Assembly (NCBI GenBank): GCA_907165135.1 | Contig: OU015566.1 | Span: forward strand, 2,666,001 to 2,730,000 | Direction: 5' to 3' | Length of the DNA: 64,000 nt | Origin: Oikopleura dioica | Taxonomy: Eukaryota; Animalia; Chordata | In this document: positions 10,062 through 21,956 of the stretch, in pieces | How the letters are laid out: each line of letters starts with the position of its first letter | Numbering within the stretch: the first letter of the stretch is position 1 | The notes under the pieces: generated by a model | The model's input: the letters and a program-made list of their open reading frames with translations, nothing else | What the model was told of the DNA's origin: nothing | Database searches by the model: none | Made by a program: the position numbers and the translations under genes

Positions 10062-12744
10062 ATTGAGAGGAAAGATACATTATCCTTGGGGTCAAGAGAA
10101 AACGTGAGGTATTAATAATACCGTATTATATTTTTGACCATGTGTATCTCAAGGAGTAAAGGCTTTCACCTGCTGACCCAAAGTCTTACTCTCGATTAAG
10201 AATTTTGCTGAATCATCATTTATCCGCAGACGTGTTTATTTTAGCTCCAGATTTTATTGTCAAGTGCAGCCACTAAACTTTATTTTTCTTTCGGTTTGAG
10301 ATAAAGCCAGAATCTTTTTTTCTCTCAGGTTTTGCAAGCTGGTAGACACGAGGTCAAAATCGGAAATTCGTTGAGCAAAATCTAACCTCAAACCGATTAT
10401 TCGACCACCTTGGTTCGGCTCATTTTTTTGTCTTACATCATTTTTTTATCGGCAAAAAAAAATTATTTTTTTAGTTCGAGAAAAGGGTTGAAAAAGGCGC
10501 CGTTTATCAGCTCTTGTAGTTTGTTTGAAACGAAAATAGATTTGACATAACAGAATTTTTTGTGAGCCGCCTATGCGGATAAATTACAAAACATCGACAG
10601 CTTCGTAGAACCTGCGGATTGTTTCTTCAAGAGGAATGTAAAACAACGTCTTGCGGAACTTATCAGATGAGATCCAGTTACATTCCTTGAGTATCGAAGA
10701 ATGCAAACTTTGAAAGTTTCTTTATAATAAAGTTTCAATATATGTGTCAATTTGAAAAAATCACAAAGATGAAAAAGAGCGAAAGTTATTTTTTGCAGAT
10801 TTCGATACGCGGGTTTGGATTCGTTGTCAATCGGAAAATCGGGGATCATTTAATTTTCCGACTTCCTGAATCAGGAAGCGATGACGTTTCTTCTTAGGGC
10901 ACAATTTTGTTCTAAAAACTTTGCTCTTTTCATTTTTATAAGAGTATGAATGCTTTTGAAGACACATTTTTAAGAAATAATTATTAACGAAATAGTTGCG
11001 CAACTTGAATTTCGATGAACCAAAATAACACCGCGAAATAAGCCGCGAAAAAATGTCGCTTCAAGTCTGCGAAAAAATCTTATAAAAACATGTTATTTCC
11101 GAACGTCTCAATTTAATTTTCGTTTCTTTCAGAATCAGGATTTTAAATAATACACTGCGTCGCAAGTTTCGTAGAAAGTGTGTTCCTTGCGGAATCCAAA
11201 AATCGTTTGATGTGAAAACAGTCGTCTGATCCAAGCAAGATAACATAATTAATCCAAGCGGAGAGTAAACTTGTCGTCAGCTTACCAAAGATCAAAATAA
11301 ATTTAGTTGATCTTGACGTGTTTTCTTGATTTTTTTTTGTTGAAAAAGATATTTTTTTATTTAAAATCTTATCAGAATAAGCACTAGGTTTGGTCGTTAT
11401 TTTTTGCCAAAAATCTTTTTCAAAAGTCGCAAATCAAGATCAAGATAAAGAATGTGATCTTGAGCCCCGAAATGAGCCCCGGAAAGAGCCGTGAAGATCA
11501 TTACTAATGATTCATTAGAAAAGCTCGTTAGAAGTTTCGCCTCACGTTTTTCAAGTCCGTAGTTAAAGAGTAAATTATTTTATAAAAAAAACGATCAAAA
11601 GAAAAATAAGCTTTATTGAATAAGGCATAATAAGTCATTTAAAAAAGTTTTAAAACTTGATAATATATTAAAATTTCATTATTCAAAAGTCATTGAGTAA
11701 ACGAGGCCACGTAAAAATGCAGAAAAACGTTTTAGAAAATCGAGTTTTTGTGTCGAGGTTTTGCAAAAAGCCGATTAAGAAGAAGCGATTATTCAATTTC
11801 GCGATGCTTTGCGCGGTCTCGAAGTTGGTGGAGTCTGGTGCTCGCGCAACAGTGCACCACCTAGGTTACGAACTGCGTACTAAAGCGACGGTCTCGTCTT
11901 GAGTGAATTTATTCACGAGAGAGAAAATCTTCGATATGAAGGTAAGAGAGACATCCTTTTTTTTAATAAAAACTTGGGAAAGATACCACGTCGAATTTGA
12001 GTTCAGTAATCATAAAAGTATAAAACATTCAATTCAATTTGAATTTGGGAGGGGGGGGGTCGACGAAAATTTCTTTCAGGGGTGATCGAAATATCACTTC
12101 TACCTATAGTCTGCATATGAATTGCATATTTTTGGAATCTACAGATCCTGCCGAATCTGTTGAGCCTAAAATCATGTGATAAAAATAAGTTTTCGTGGGC
12201 GAAATTAACAAAAATTACCATTTTTGGTGCATTTTTGCGAAAATGGCCCCACTTTGACGGGATTTTTGACCAATTTTCTCTGGCAAAAATTTTTTCTACT
12301 TCTCGCCGGTTAATTTTTTCAACCCTTCTCTATTCACCAGTTAATTCAGATTCCGGCTATCTCATCAGATTTTCCCGCATTTTAGGTCACGGAAATCCCG
12401 ATTCTCGTCGACCCACTCCTTAATTATCGTGATTACAATTTATTAGTCTATTCAGACATTAGGGAACGTGGATTTTACAAACAACACATCGGATAAAATA
12501 TCTCAGACAATTGTAAACTTTTACAAAACATAAATTTACTAAAATAATTAAATAATTATTTAATAATTATTAAATACAGCCGGAGTCCAAAATAAGGGAC
12601 TTTTTTTGGTCCCAAAATTGTCGAAAATAGTCCCTTAAATTGGGTCATGAAGGAAAATTTTCGGGCGCAGCGCAATTTTTCACAAAAATCTTCTAGAGCA
12701 GATTTTAATTTGTTGTTTTCAATAAGCGTTCTATCACTCATATC

Positions 12745-13206
12745 ATGTCAAGTAAAAAACAAGAGAGATTTCGCCTTACTTTCAATGAGAAAAAATATTG
12801 GGCCTCGCTTCAGACAGCTCGAAGAATCAGACAGTTCTTGGACAAGTTTCTCGTCGAGCATGATCATGCGAAAGTTCCCGAAGAGCAACTTGTTAAAGAA
12901 ACTCTTAAAATTTTTGAAGGCCTGTCCGCTGCGCTGTTCAAGAAAGCTTGGACAAATACTCTTCTAAGTGAAGAAGAGTTTGAAAATGATTTGGACAATG
13001 ATGAAGATATGGAAGAAGAGGATGATTTGGAGGAGTTCTACTTTGAAAAAGAACAAGAAGATGAGATTCGAGATGAGTTTTTTGCTATTGAAGAAGCTGA
13101 AAATGCTGTTTCTGTCTCTACGAATCCGGTTTCTAAAGCGATTACGTATTCTCAATCACAAATCACTTCATTTTTCGAAAGATCTAAAACAAAATCAAGC
13201 AACTGA
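12745..13206 (+). CDS. 153-aa intronless ORF inside the transposon: CENP-B/pogo-like start, acidic tract, C-terminal PIP box
   Basis: RLTFNEK resembles CENP-B QLTFREK; D/E-rich tract; QSQITSFF fits the PCNA-binding consensus QxxIxxFF; no DDE domain visible. Confidence 0.65.
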   Translation: MSSKKQERFRLTFNEKKYWASLQTARRIRQFLDKFLVEHDHAKVPEEQLVKETLKIFEGLSAALFKKAWTNTLLSEEEFENDLDNDEDMEEEDDLEEFYFEKEQEDEIRDEFFAIEEAENAVSVSTNPVSKAITYSQSQITSFFERSKTKSSN

Positions 13207-13336
13207 TTTCCTTTATCTGCTGTCGATTGAATAAAAAAAATTTCTCGTCTGAAAAAGTCCCTTAAATTAGATTTTTTTGAGGCGCAGATTGTCGGCATTT
13301 TTCGTCAAAAAGTCCCTTATCTTGGTGTCCCTTATC

Positions 13337-14009
13337 TAGGGCCAGCGCGGGGAAAATCAGCATGCAGAACCCCTTGAGGTAAAGGGCTGAAACTTCGGGA
13401 CAATATAGATTTTGAGCGAATCAAAAAAATTGTAATAGAAAATTTTTTAGTCTGGTCAAGTGATCACGTGATACAGGCCCTCGAAAACCTAGAAAAGCTT
13501 GACGAGCTCGATCCCCTTGTCGTAGTCGATCACATGATAGCTCAAAAGAAAGAGCATAAGGAGTACTACCTAGAGAGTTAAAAAAATCTTTGGGCCCGAT
13601 TGTAGTTTAGGCGGTAGAAGCAAGAGAAGGCCTCGAAATGGCTGAAATTTGGGTAAAAAATGGACATCATTGGGTGATTTCTGTCAAAATAAGCTACAAA
13701 AAGGGTCATTTTTCACGTAAAACTCTCCGTGCGGACTCACACGATCGCGGGCCCAAGAATTTTTCTCATCCATTCAGAAGTACTTTTTGAGCTCTTTCTT
13801 CTGAGCGATAAAGTAATCACCTGTAATAAGGGGATCAAGCTTGACGAGCTTTTCAAGCTTTTCGAGGGCCTTTATCACGTGATCATGTGGCCAGACCAAA
13901 AAAATTTCAATACGATTTTTTTTCGTTTGTCCAAAAACTCGATTGTCCCAAAGTTTCAAACCTTCACTTCAAAGGGTTCAAGAGGCTGATTTTTCGCGCG
14001 CTGACCCTA
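13337..14009. mobile_element. hAT-type foldback MITE with ~260-bp imperfect inverted arms
   Basis: Ends TAGGGCCAGCGCG / CGCGCTGACCCTA; 8-bp target duplication CCCTTATC (13329-13336 and 14010-14017); arms about 13337-13600 and 13745-14009. Confidence 0.8.
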
Positions 14010-14117
14010 CCCTTATCTTGGACTGCCCCTGTAAAATAATATGAGCATTATGGTTCGCGGGGCAAAAGATTTTCTCTAGAAAAACAAGGGAACTTTTGAG
14101 ATTGATCTTTGTTCTTG

Positions 14118-16194
14118 ATGAAGCTGTCTGTATATCACCGTTATAGCCTATATAACTTATAGGTTATAGGGAGCTTAAATTTAAATTTGACGCGAAACCT
14201 GCTAAATACTACTCCTAAATTTGTATGTCAGTCAACGTTTTTTAGATCTCTGCCAGTCTTTTCGTCCTCACTTCCGCCGCTCCTGGCGCAAAGAAACCCG
14301 CCAAGTTCGTCCAAGACCCCGATGCTCCCCGAACCGTCTGCGGCGGCCGAATCACCGGCGACAGCATCATCACCTCTCCCGGTTTCGAAGACCCGGGACA
14401 CTACGTAAATAACCTCGACTGCACTTGGGAAATCGAAATTCCCGGCGTTTCTGCTTTCACGATTTACCCCGAGTTCTTCCAAGTCGAAGATCAAGACCAA
14501 TGTATTTACGACTCACTGAACATAAGCTTTGGAAGCTCGAGCTTCAAATTTTGCTCGCCTGATATTGACTGGGACAATTTGGAGCCATATACTTCCTCGC
14601 CGGCATACAGTACTACCGATTACTCAACTACTTCAACGAGTGATTGTGAGTTTGACTCTATATTTTTTTGAATTTTTTTGTATTTTCATTTATTGATTTA
14701 AAAATTGTAATAATAATTTAATTCAAGACACAACCACATCAGACTACTATCCAACAACATCAACTACTCAGACATCAACAACGTCGACATCTTACGATTA
14801 TCCAAGCGGAGGAGACTATTACAGTAGCTACGGTAGTTCTTACTCTGGGAGCTACAGTAGCAGCGATTCTGGCGGATACAGTAGCTCCAACTATAGCTAC
14901 GGCTCTAGCTCTTCCTTTGGCAAACGAAAGCGACGAGCGCCAGTTAAGGGTGTTCTCGGCGCTTCCGGAAGCGGCAGAACACATGAATCCTCGAGCTCTG
15001 GATACATTGGAGATTTCACCCAACCACTTCGAGTAAGAAATTTCTCTCCTGGCTAGATAAGTTATTCGCATCTTAGGTTGAAGGAAATACAGCAACGATC
15101 AATTTCAAAACTGATTCATCCGTCGTTTTGAGAGGATTCAAGCTTCGAATTGAAAAGGACAACAACATCGAAGAAACAGGATGTGATCAAGTTCAATCTG
15201 GTTCCGGATCTCTAAGCAGCACGAATTATCCAGAAAGATACGGAAACAATGAGCTTTGCAGGTGAGAAAAGGGCTAAAGCGATGATTTTCAACCATATCT
15301 CTAGATACACCCTTAATGCGGAGCCCGGCAAGATCATCAGAATCAACTTCGATCAGTTCGACGTCGAGTCCGAATTCGAATGCAGATACGACTTCCTGTC
15401 AATCAACGGTCGAAAACACTGTGGCACTGAAGACAAAGGATTCGGCAACAAGAAGATGCCACAAGAATCGCTTTACGTTCTCTCTGAATCCACCGAGCTT
15501 GTGTGGAAGACCGACGGCTCTGTAACAAAGAATGGTTTCTCCCTTTCCTGGGAGTCTGTTGATAATCCAGCCGGGCCCGCCGCTTCCGGACCTCTTGAAA
15601 GCGCCGCTGGATTTCATGATCATATGGAGGTAAGATACGATCAGGGAATGCAAACAAGTTCAACCGCAGTGTTTCTTTAACCAGGGCGGTCTTATCATTC
15701 CGGCTTCAAAGATGTCCTTTTAGCTCTTTTACGATCAACTCATCTATCAAATGGAATTCCGTCGACCTTGGATGTCAAAAGCTCTTTCCCGATTCTGGAG
15801 CAACATTCAAATTTCCGAAGAATACTTTCAGAGCGAAGGCGAATGCGAATGGAAATACTACACCCCGAAGTACCAATCTTTCGATTTCAAAAATTTCGAC
15901 GAAGGTCTTTCGAAATGCTCGAATTTGAAAAATTTTGCCAACAATGCCAAACAGTTTTTGGACAACTTTGTTTGTATGGATGACCACGAGTTGCCAAGAA
16001 GAACATTTAACCAATGGCAGAAGCAAGCATCACAAATAGTCGGAATCGCCGACGATTTGGAAGGCCACTGCTCCGATTCTAGCGCAAGCTCTAGCAGCTC
16101 CAGCAGTTCTAGTAGTTCTAGTAGCTCTTCAAGCTCAAGCTACAGCTACAGCTCCAACAGCTCAGGAAGCTATTCTAGCTCCTACAGAAAATGA
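14118..16194 (+). CDS. Secreted two-CUB-domain protein with Ser/Thr/Tyr-rich insert, C-terminal Cys-containing helical domain and poly-Ser tail
   Basis: Signal peptide MKLS|ISASLFVLTSA; CUB motifs CGGRITGDSIITSPGF...CTWEI...CIYDSL and SSTNYPERYGNNELCRYTL...CRYDFL...WKTDGSVTKNGFSLSW; intron 15630-15723 joins ORF 15751-16194. Confidence 0.8.
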
Positions 16195-16708
16195 GTGCCA
16201 GAAAGATGCTGGAAGTCGCATCTCATCTAAATTTATGTAAGAAAAAAAAACTGTTTCTTGCCTGTATAATAAATTATCAAAGAAAAAAAATGATGAAAGA
16301 ATGTCGGTAAAGATCGAAAGAAACTTCTCAAAAAAGCAGATGTCATGCTTATTACTTTTCAATAATAATAGCCCGCAAAAAATGAAAAAAAATATTTTCG
16401 AAATTTGACAATAGTTTTCAAGACTGGAATGATCCACCAGACATGTGAAGATACACTTCGCTGCTCAAGCAAAAACATGAACCCAATTTTGTGCAAGACT
16501 TTTTCTGAAATTTCATTTGAGATCGATAAAATAAAGCAAAAAGTTTAAATTTAACGAGTTGTCTACCGTTTCTAACAAAAATGGGAATGCCGGAAGAGAA
16601 AAATGGAGAAAAAGAGTCCGATTCTTGGCTCAATTCTTACTTCACTGACTCACTTCTTTCCTGTTGAATAAAAACAACCAATCTTTATAAACCAGCATTC
16701 TTGATTTA

Positions 16709-17017
16709 TTACAATATTGTTTTCAGAAATTTCTTTTCTCTGCAGCATAATCGGTGGAGCTTCGAACATTTAAAAATGATAAAATAATGGAAAACTTACC
16801 AAATGGCATTTGTCCTCCATATCTTGGAAGGAATCATCTTTTTTCATAAAAGAAAATTGAATAATTTTCGCGCATTTATAACAATTCGTCGCCTCGCAGA
16901 GTTTATTCTTCACCAATTCTTAAAAAAATGATTTTTTAATGTCCAATTACGCACTATCAATAACTTACCGTAACCAAGGACGCATCCAGCGAAGGCAAGA
17001 AAATTCTGAAGTCTCAT
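16709..17017 (-). CDS. Small secreted 6-Cys peptide (~74 aa), three exons
   Basis: MRLQNFLAFAGCVLGY|ELVKNKLCEATNCYKCAKIIQFSFMKKDDSFQDMEDKCHL|LHRLCCREKKFLKTIL*; two GTAAG..AG introns in compatible phases. Confidence 0.65.
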
Positions 17018-17438
17018 ATTCTCCGCAAAAACAAGAAAAATGAGTGACAAAATATTGTTTCTTGCGATTTATATAGTGTTGACGGACAGGTGCCACGAAA
17101 CATTTATTAAAATCCCGAGCCCCAATCGCGTTAATAATAAAGTGACGGACAGGTCAATTTCCGTCGACATCAGCACAATATCGAAGCAATTAGAGGTTCT
17201 TTTTTTTTTGTACAATTATACTCTAAATGAACTTTTGCACCTCCTTTGAACCCAGTCAAAAGGTTTAGTGGCTTCCCTATGGAAAGAATTTTAATTTATT
17301 TGAAATGCATCGAAAGATCTTTTTCTAGCGCCAAATATAGCGAAAAGACCGATAAGCAATATCAGCGTGTTCCAGCCGGCATCAACAACTCTCTCTTACC
17401 TCTTGAACAGCGCGGATTATTTCATTTTATTAAAAATA

Positions 17439-19307
17439 ATGCCACCAAGAGATGAAAAAATTCAAGTCGATCAGCGCAAATTTGAGCCTGGCCTAGCAAC
17501 AATCCCGGCTCAAGCTTACCGAAAAGCGCTCAAATCTGGCTTCAGATTCAATCTAATGGCGATTGGAGAGCCAAGTTTGGGAAAGACATCGACAGTGAAT
17601 ACAATCTTCAAATCGGAAATTTACAACGAGCAATTTGTCAGCTCAACTCAGAGAATCGCCAATTCGGACTCGCTGATTGTCCAAGAATTTGACCTGAAGC
17701 TGAAAGAGAATGGTGTTCCACTGATTCTCAGGTTTGAAGGGAGAGATATGTCAAGCCCCTGACTTATTAAACGAGAATTCAGAGTCATCGACTGTCCTGG
17801 TTATGGCGCCTTCATCGACAATTCAAACCAAGTGCCAACTATTGTCAGTTATCTGGATGGTAGACACAGACGGCAATTCGACCAAGAAATGGATATCGAC
17901 CGTGACATTGAAAAAAATGATGATGAGCTTGTCCACTGCTGTCTCTGTGAGTTTATTTTCTTTCGAAGTGCAAATGAATTTTTTAAGTCTTCTTTTCGCC
18001 AAATTGCCGGACAGTCAAAGAACTCGACCTTGAGTGCCTAAAAGCGATCCACAACAAAGTCAATGTTATTCCAATCATCGCGAAGGCTGATAGTTTGACG
18101 CTGGACGAGCGACACGAGTTGAGAAAGGAAATTCTCCGTGTTTTCGAAAAAAATAAAATCAGTTGCTATGCATTTCCGGAAAATGTTGATGATAGTCAAG
18201 CAGCGCTTATCAGGAAATTTGTTCAAAAAATTGTTAGAAAAAGTGAATTTTTCGTTAAAATGGAGAATTCCACTTTTAATTCGATAGACATTATAGACAT
18301 CTTAAGTCATCTGAGATGACTCATCTCTAGGCATCTGTTGACATCCGTAGACATCTATAGACATCTACTGACATTTTAAGACATCTGTAGACATTATATC
18401 TCAATATTATCATTGAACTTCTTTTTTACCTACAAAAAGGCTCGTTGATAAAAACGAACTGCTTCTACTTTGAACGTCAACTTTTAAAATCAATTTGAAC
18501 GGAAAAAAGACGAATGAGAAGAAAATCTCCATTCAGCATCATCAGTGGAGGAAGAATGATCGACGCCGGTGCTGATTCCATCGGAAAACAAAAGTTGTCA
18601 TCTTTCAAAATTTTCGTGCTAAAAGCAATTCTAGCGTTTCTCTATTCGACGAAGAAAAGAAAGAAGAGCCCGAATCAAAGCCAGTCGCCATGAGACGCTA
18701 TACCTTCGGAGCATGCGAGATCGAAAACGACGAGCACTCCGATATGCGAATTTTGCGCCATCTGATGATTCAAACGCATCTTGTCGATCTTGTCAACTCG
18801 ACAAAAAATGAAAAATACGGGAATTTTCGCGAGCACTGGTTGACAAAGCACCCAATTAAATTTCCAGAAAAGAAGCCGGAAACGACCGAAGAGCTGAAAA
18901 AACGTCTTGACAAGGAGCTCAAGTAAGTTTTTCGCGGAAAATTTGAATATTGAAAACTCTCAAGGGATGAAATAATGGGGCACAAAGAAAAACTCCAACG
19001 AATTCAAGCGGACATGGAAGCAGTCTTTCAAAAGAAACTCCAAGAGCGGCGGATGAAAATCGCCGAAGGAGAAAGAAAACTTGAAGAAATGCAGAAAGCC
19101 CACCGGGAACACATGAAAGATGAAGAAAACGTCATCGCAATCAAGCGAAAGTAAGAAAATCAATCCGACCTTGACAAAATTATTTTCTTCAGCAAAATCA
19201 AGAAAGACATGGCAGCGCTAGAAGCTGAGCTGATTCAGTCGAACAGGCAGTCATTTGAATCGAAAAATGAGAAGAAAGAAAAATCTGGAAGACGTCTCTT
19301 TTTCTAG
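17439..19307 (+). CDS. Septin GTPase with C-terminal coiled coil (divergent)
   Basis: GFRFNLMAIGEPSLGKT (G1), VIDCPGYG (G3), VHCCLFFF, KVNVIPIIAKAD (G4), RRYTFGACEIENDEHSD, coiled-coil tail ending RRLFF*. Confidence 0.9.
18214..18509 (+). other. GA-AG intron (296 nt) with terminal stem GTTCAAA/TTTGAAC
   Basis: Joins AALIR to RMRRKSPFSIISG (septin xPFAVVGS motif); purine-only acceptor GGAAAAAAG 9 nt after the stem. Confidence 0.75.
18286..18395. repeat. Degenerate ~10-bp minisatellite (GACATCTATA-like) in septin intron
   Basis: Repeated GACAT/CATCT units: gacatctt, gtcatctg, ggcatctg, gacatccg, gacatcta, gacatcta, gacatttt, gacatctg, gacatta. Confidence 0.65.
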
Positions 19308-19348
19308 AAAAAATAACAATAAAGATCACAATTTTATTTGGAAAGGTC

Positions 19349-19594
19349 TTAGCAGGCGCAATTGGCTCCGCAGGCTTCTCGAGCTGTCTGGCAGACAAAG
19401 ACTTGACCAGCTCCGGCGTTCTTTTTTTGGACTTTCTCTATTTCTGTGAAAAAATTCTTCCTAAAATGAGTCCATTCCTGGGTGCATCGACGAAGCTTTC
19501 GATCGCATCTTGTCAAGCATCGATCATCGTACCCGAGGTAGCAGAAGCCAGAAGAAAGGCCAAAAACGGCGGCAAAAATTGTAAAAAACTTCAT
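19349..19594 (-). CDS. Small secreted 8-Cys protein (81 aa)
   Basis: ORF track: signal peptide MKFFTIFAAVFGLSSG, Cys pattern C-x7-C-x3-C-x6-C ... C-x6-C-x3-C-x-C; convergent with the septin. Confidence 0.65.
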   Translation of the reverse strand: MKFFTIFAAVFGLSSGFCYLGYDDRCLTRCDRKLRRCTQEWTHFRKNFFTEIEKVQKKNAGAGQVFVCQTAREACGANCAC

Positions 19595-20015
19595 TTTTAA
19601 GAATCTCTGTTCTTAGTTGATCCTATGCTAAGTGGCTTGCCGGTAGGAAAGAGAACTCAAATACTGTTTTGTTTATTAGATAAACAAATCTTACGGTAAA
19701 CTTTGTAAGTTCAGCACTTGAAGAGTCTTCAAGAGTCTTCAAGAGTCTTCAAGACATTCCGAACTGCTGATACTGTTAAAAGTGAAAACAGCGGTATTTT
19801 GTTATTTAACAAGTTTATTGTTTGTCAATAGAAGCTCAGTATTGGTGCTATCTATTCAATCATTTTTTTTTGAGTTTTTTCGTGACTGAAACCTTTTCAG
19901 TCTATATGCAGAAAGAGGATAAGGAAAGAAGTAATTTAAATAAAAGTTTTGTTCGTTGGGCAGGATCGGGTTGTCATTTCCAAGCGTCGATTTTAGGAAA
20001 AATCAAAGGATTTAT

Positions 20016-21829
20016 TTACTTTCGTCCGGGTGCAGTAGAACTGTAATCGGCAGCCCAATCAGTCTCAGTTTGTGGTCTCCATGAGGCGTTGCAGTTGTCA
20101 GCGTTTGAACAACACTGGGTGCATCTTTTTAATTGGTTCAGAGAAGTTTTTCTAGTTTTAAATATGCTGTTTGTAAGTTGCTATTTAATGATTTCTGAAT
20201 CGTTCCTGGAAGTCTCCTTCATTCCATTTTTGTAAGCGCCGGAGTGGCCATGGATGATGTGAAGAGAATTGTAGTTCAAGTTGCTCGAGCCATCAAGAAC
20301 GTAGTCTGGATCAACGTAGAGTCCGCTGACAAGTCCACCAGAATCAGGAGAACCGTCAGTGAAATCAGTGAAAGTTTTATCATGAGAGTCGGCGTGGTTT
20401 CCATTGGCATTGTAATACCACTAACAATAAGTAAATGTCTTTGATCTTAAAATAATATCTCACCTCATCAGCTTTAATGTCATATGGTCGTCGGGCAATC
20501 TTTTCAGCGGTGTTAGTTGCATCGACAGGCCAGCATTGTCGTCCAGCCTTGACAAGGAAGTTCTGGTACTTTTGCATGTAGCAGGCCTTGGCTTGTTTGC
20601 AACCTCGCTCGAAGGAGACCAAGAAGCCGAACTGTCGTCGCTCTTCAACAAAGCAGACACCAGATGAGTATGGGCAGAACGTTGTTGGCGCATCTCCGTC
20701 TCCGTCTTGGTCAGCGTCACAGGCGGTGATAGCAGCGGCCTCGTCAGTGTAAAAGTCAGCTGAATATATTTGAAATCAATGTTATCCGAGTCATTGCTTA
20801 CATCCGTTCTTCTGCTTGAGAACAAATTTATCATTGTCCGTGTCCCACATAACTTGGAAGTCGATCTTGCAAACTTTGCATTGCAGTCTTGCTTCATCAT
20901 TGATGTCGCTGAATGCTCGGGCATCACTGGGGTGAAGTCCAAGTTCCCAAGATTTATCATAAGTTGCATCACCGGCTTCATTGTTATGAGTAGCGGAGAT
21001 CCATGATCCCTGATAACGAGCATGGTCGTCTTGGTCGAAGTCGCTCAAGACACCTTTGTCTTGGATGCCACCTAAAAGTATATTATTAAGTCTCAACCTT
21101 AATTATTCTTTATCTCGTTTGATAGAAATGTTTTTGCTCCTTACCCATGTAGTTCTCCATGTTGTTGTGGACGTGTCCAATATCAACGGCTTGGTCGGAA
21201 TGGTTAGTGTGGACCTTTCCATCCCAGTGGCGACCGTAATCAGCTTTCCACATTGCGTATGCATCGGGAGCAGCAGCTCTCTGGCCACTGACGTATCCGT
21301 AGGAAGAGACTTCGCCGAAGTTCTGGTAGGGATCGTAGCTGCCGCTGGATCCAGTGTTGTAGCCGTATCCGGTATTGTCATAGCTTGGGTAGCTCAAAAT
21401 GTTGGAAAGGCCGTAATCGTAGGAACCGTAAGGATTGGAAGATGGAGCAGATGGAATGTATGGCTGGTAGTCCTCGGCTCGTTCGGCGTCATCAGCTACT
21501 GGGGCCTAAACTTGGGTTGTACAGAAATTCTCGAGGATGAAAATTACCATTGTTGTGGTCTGTAGGGAGTTCACTTTTGTTAGATAGCCTTATTGATAAA
21601 AAATCTGTATTCAAATAATTGATCGCAATTATTTACTTCGTTAGATTAGTGCATGAGTACTTGTCTCTCGATGCATTTTAGTAAAGAAATTGAAATAAAA
21701 AAGATAAAGAACTTTTTAAAGAACTCATCGTCTCAACTTTCAGAGAAGAAAGTGAGGTTGTAAAAATTATCTCTTCAGTTGATGTGGTTGCCGTTGTTGT
21801 TTTTGTTGTTGTTGTTGTTGTTGTTGTTC

Positions 21830-21884
<55 letters not shown>

Positions 21885-21886
21885 AG

Positions 21887-21956
<70 letters not shown>

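Larger units (their letters stand above)
12577..14031 (+). mobile_element. Non-autonomous Tc1/pogo-type DNA transposon carrying an intronless ORF; right TIR interrupted by a hAT-type MITE
   Basis: TA flanks; TIR CAGCCGGAGTCCAAAATAAGG vs reverse complement of CCTTATCTTGGACTGCCCCTG (17/21); repeated AGTCCCTTA motifs inside both ends. Confidence 0.75.

Noticed and set aside
11780-11910. GC-richer island with two CGGTCTCG copies, possible ncRNA
   Set aside because: No tRNA cloverleaf, snRNA or SRP motifs recognisable; no supportable call for the 10.1-12.5 kb region.
19730-19756. AAGAGTCTTC x3 tandem repeat
   Set aside because: Too short and isolated to interpret.
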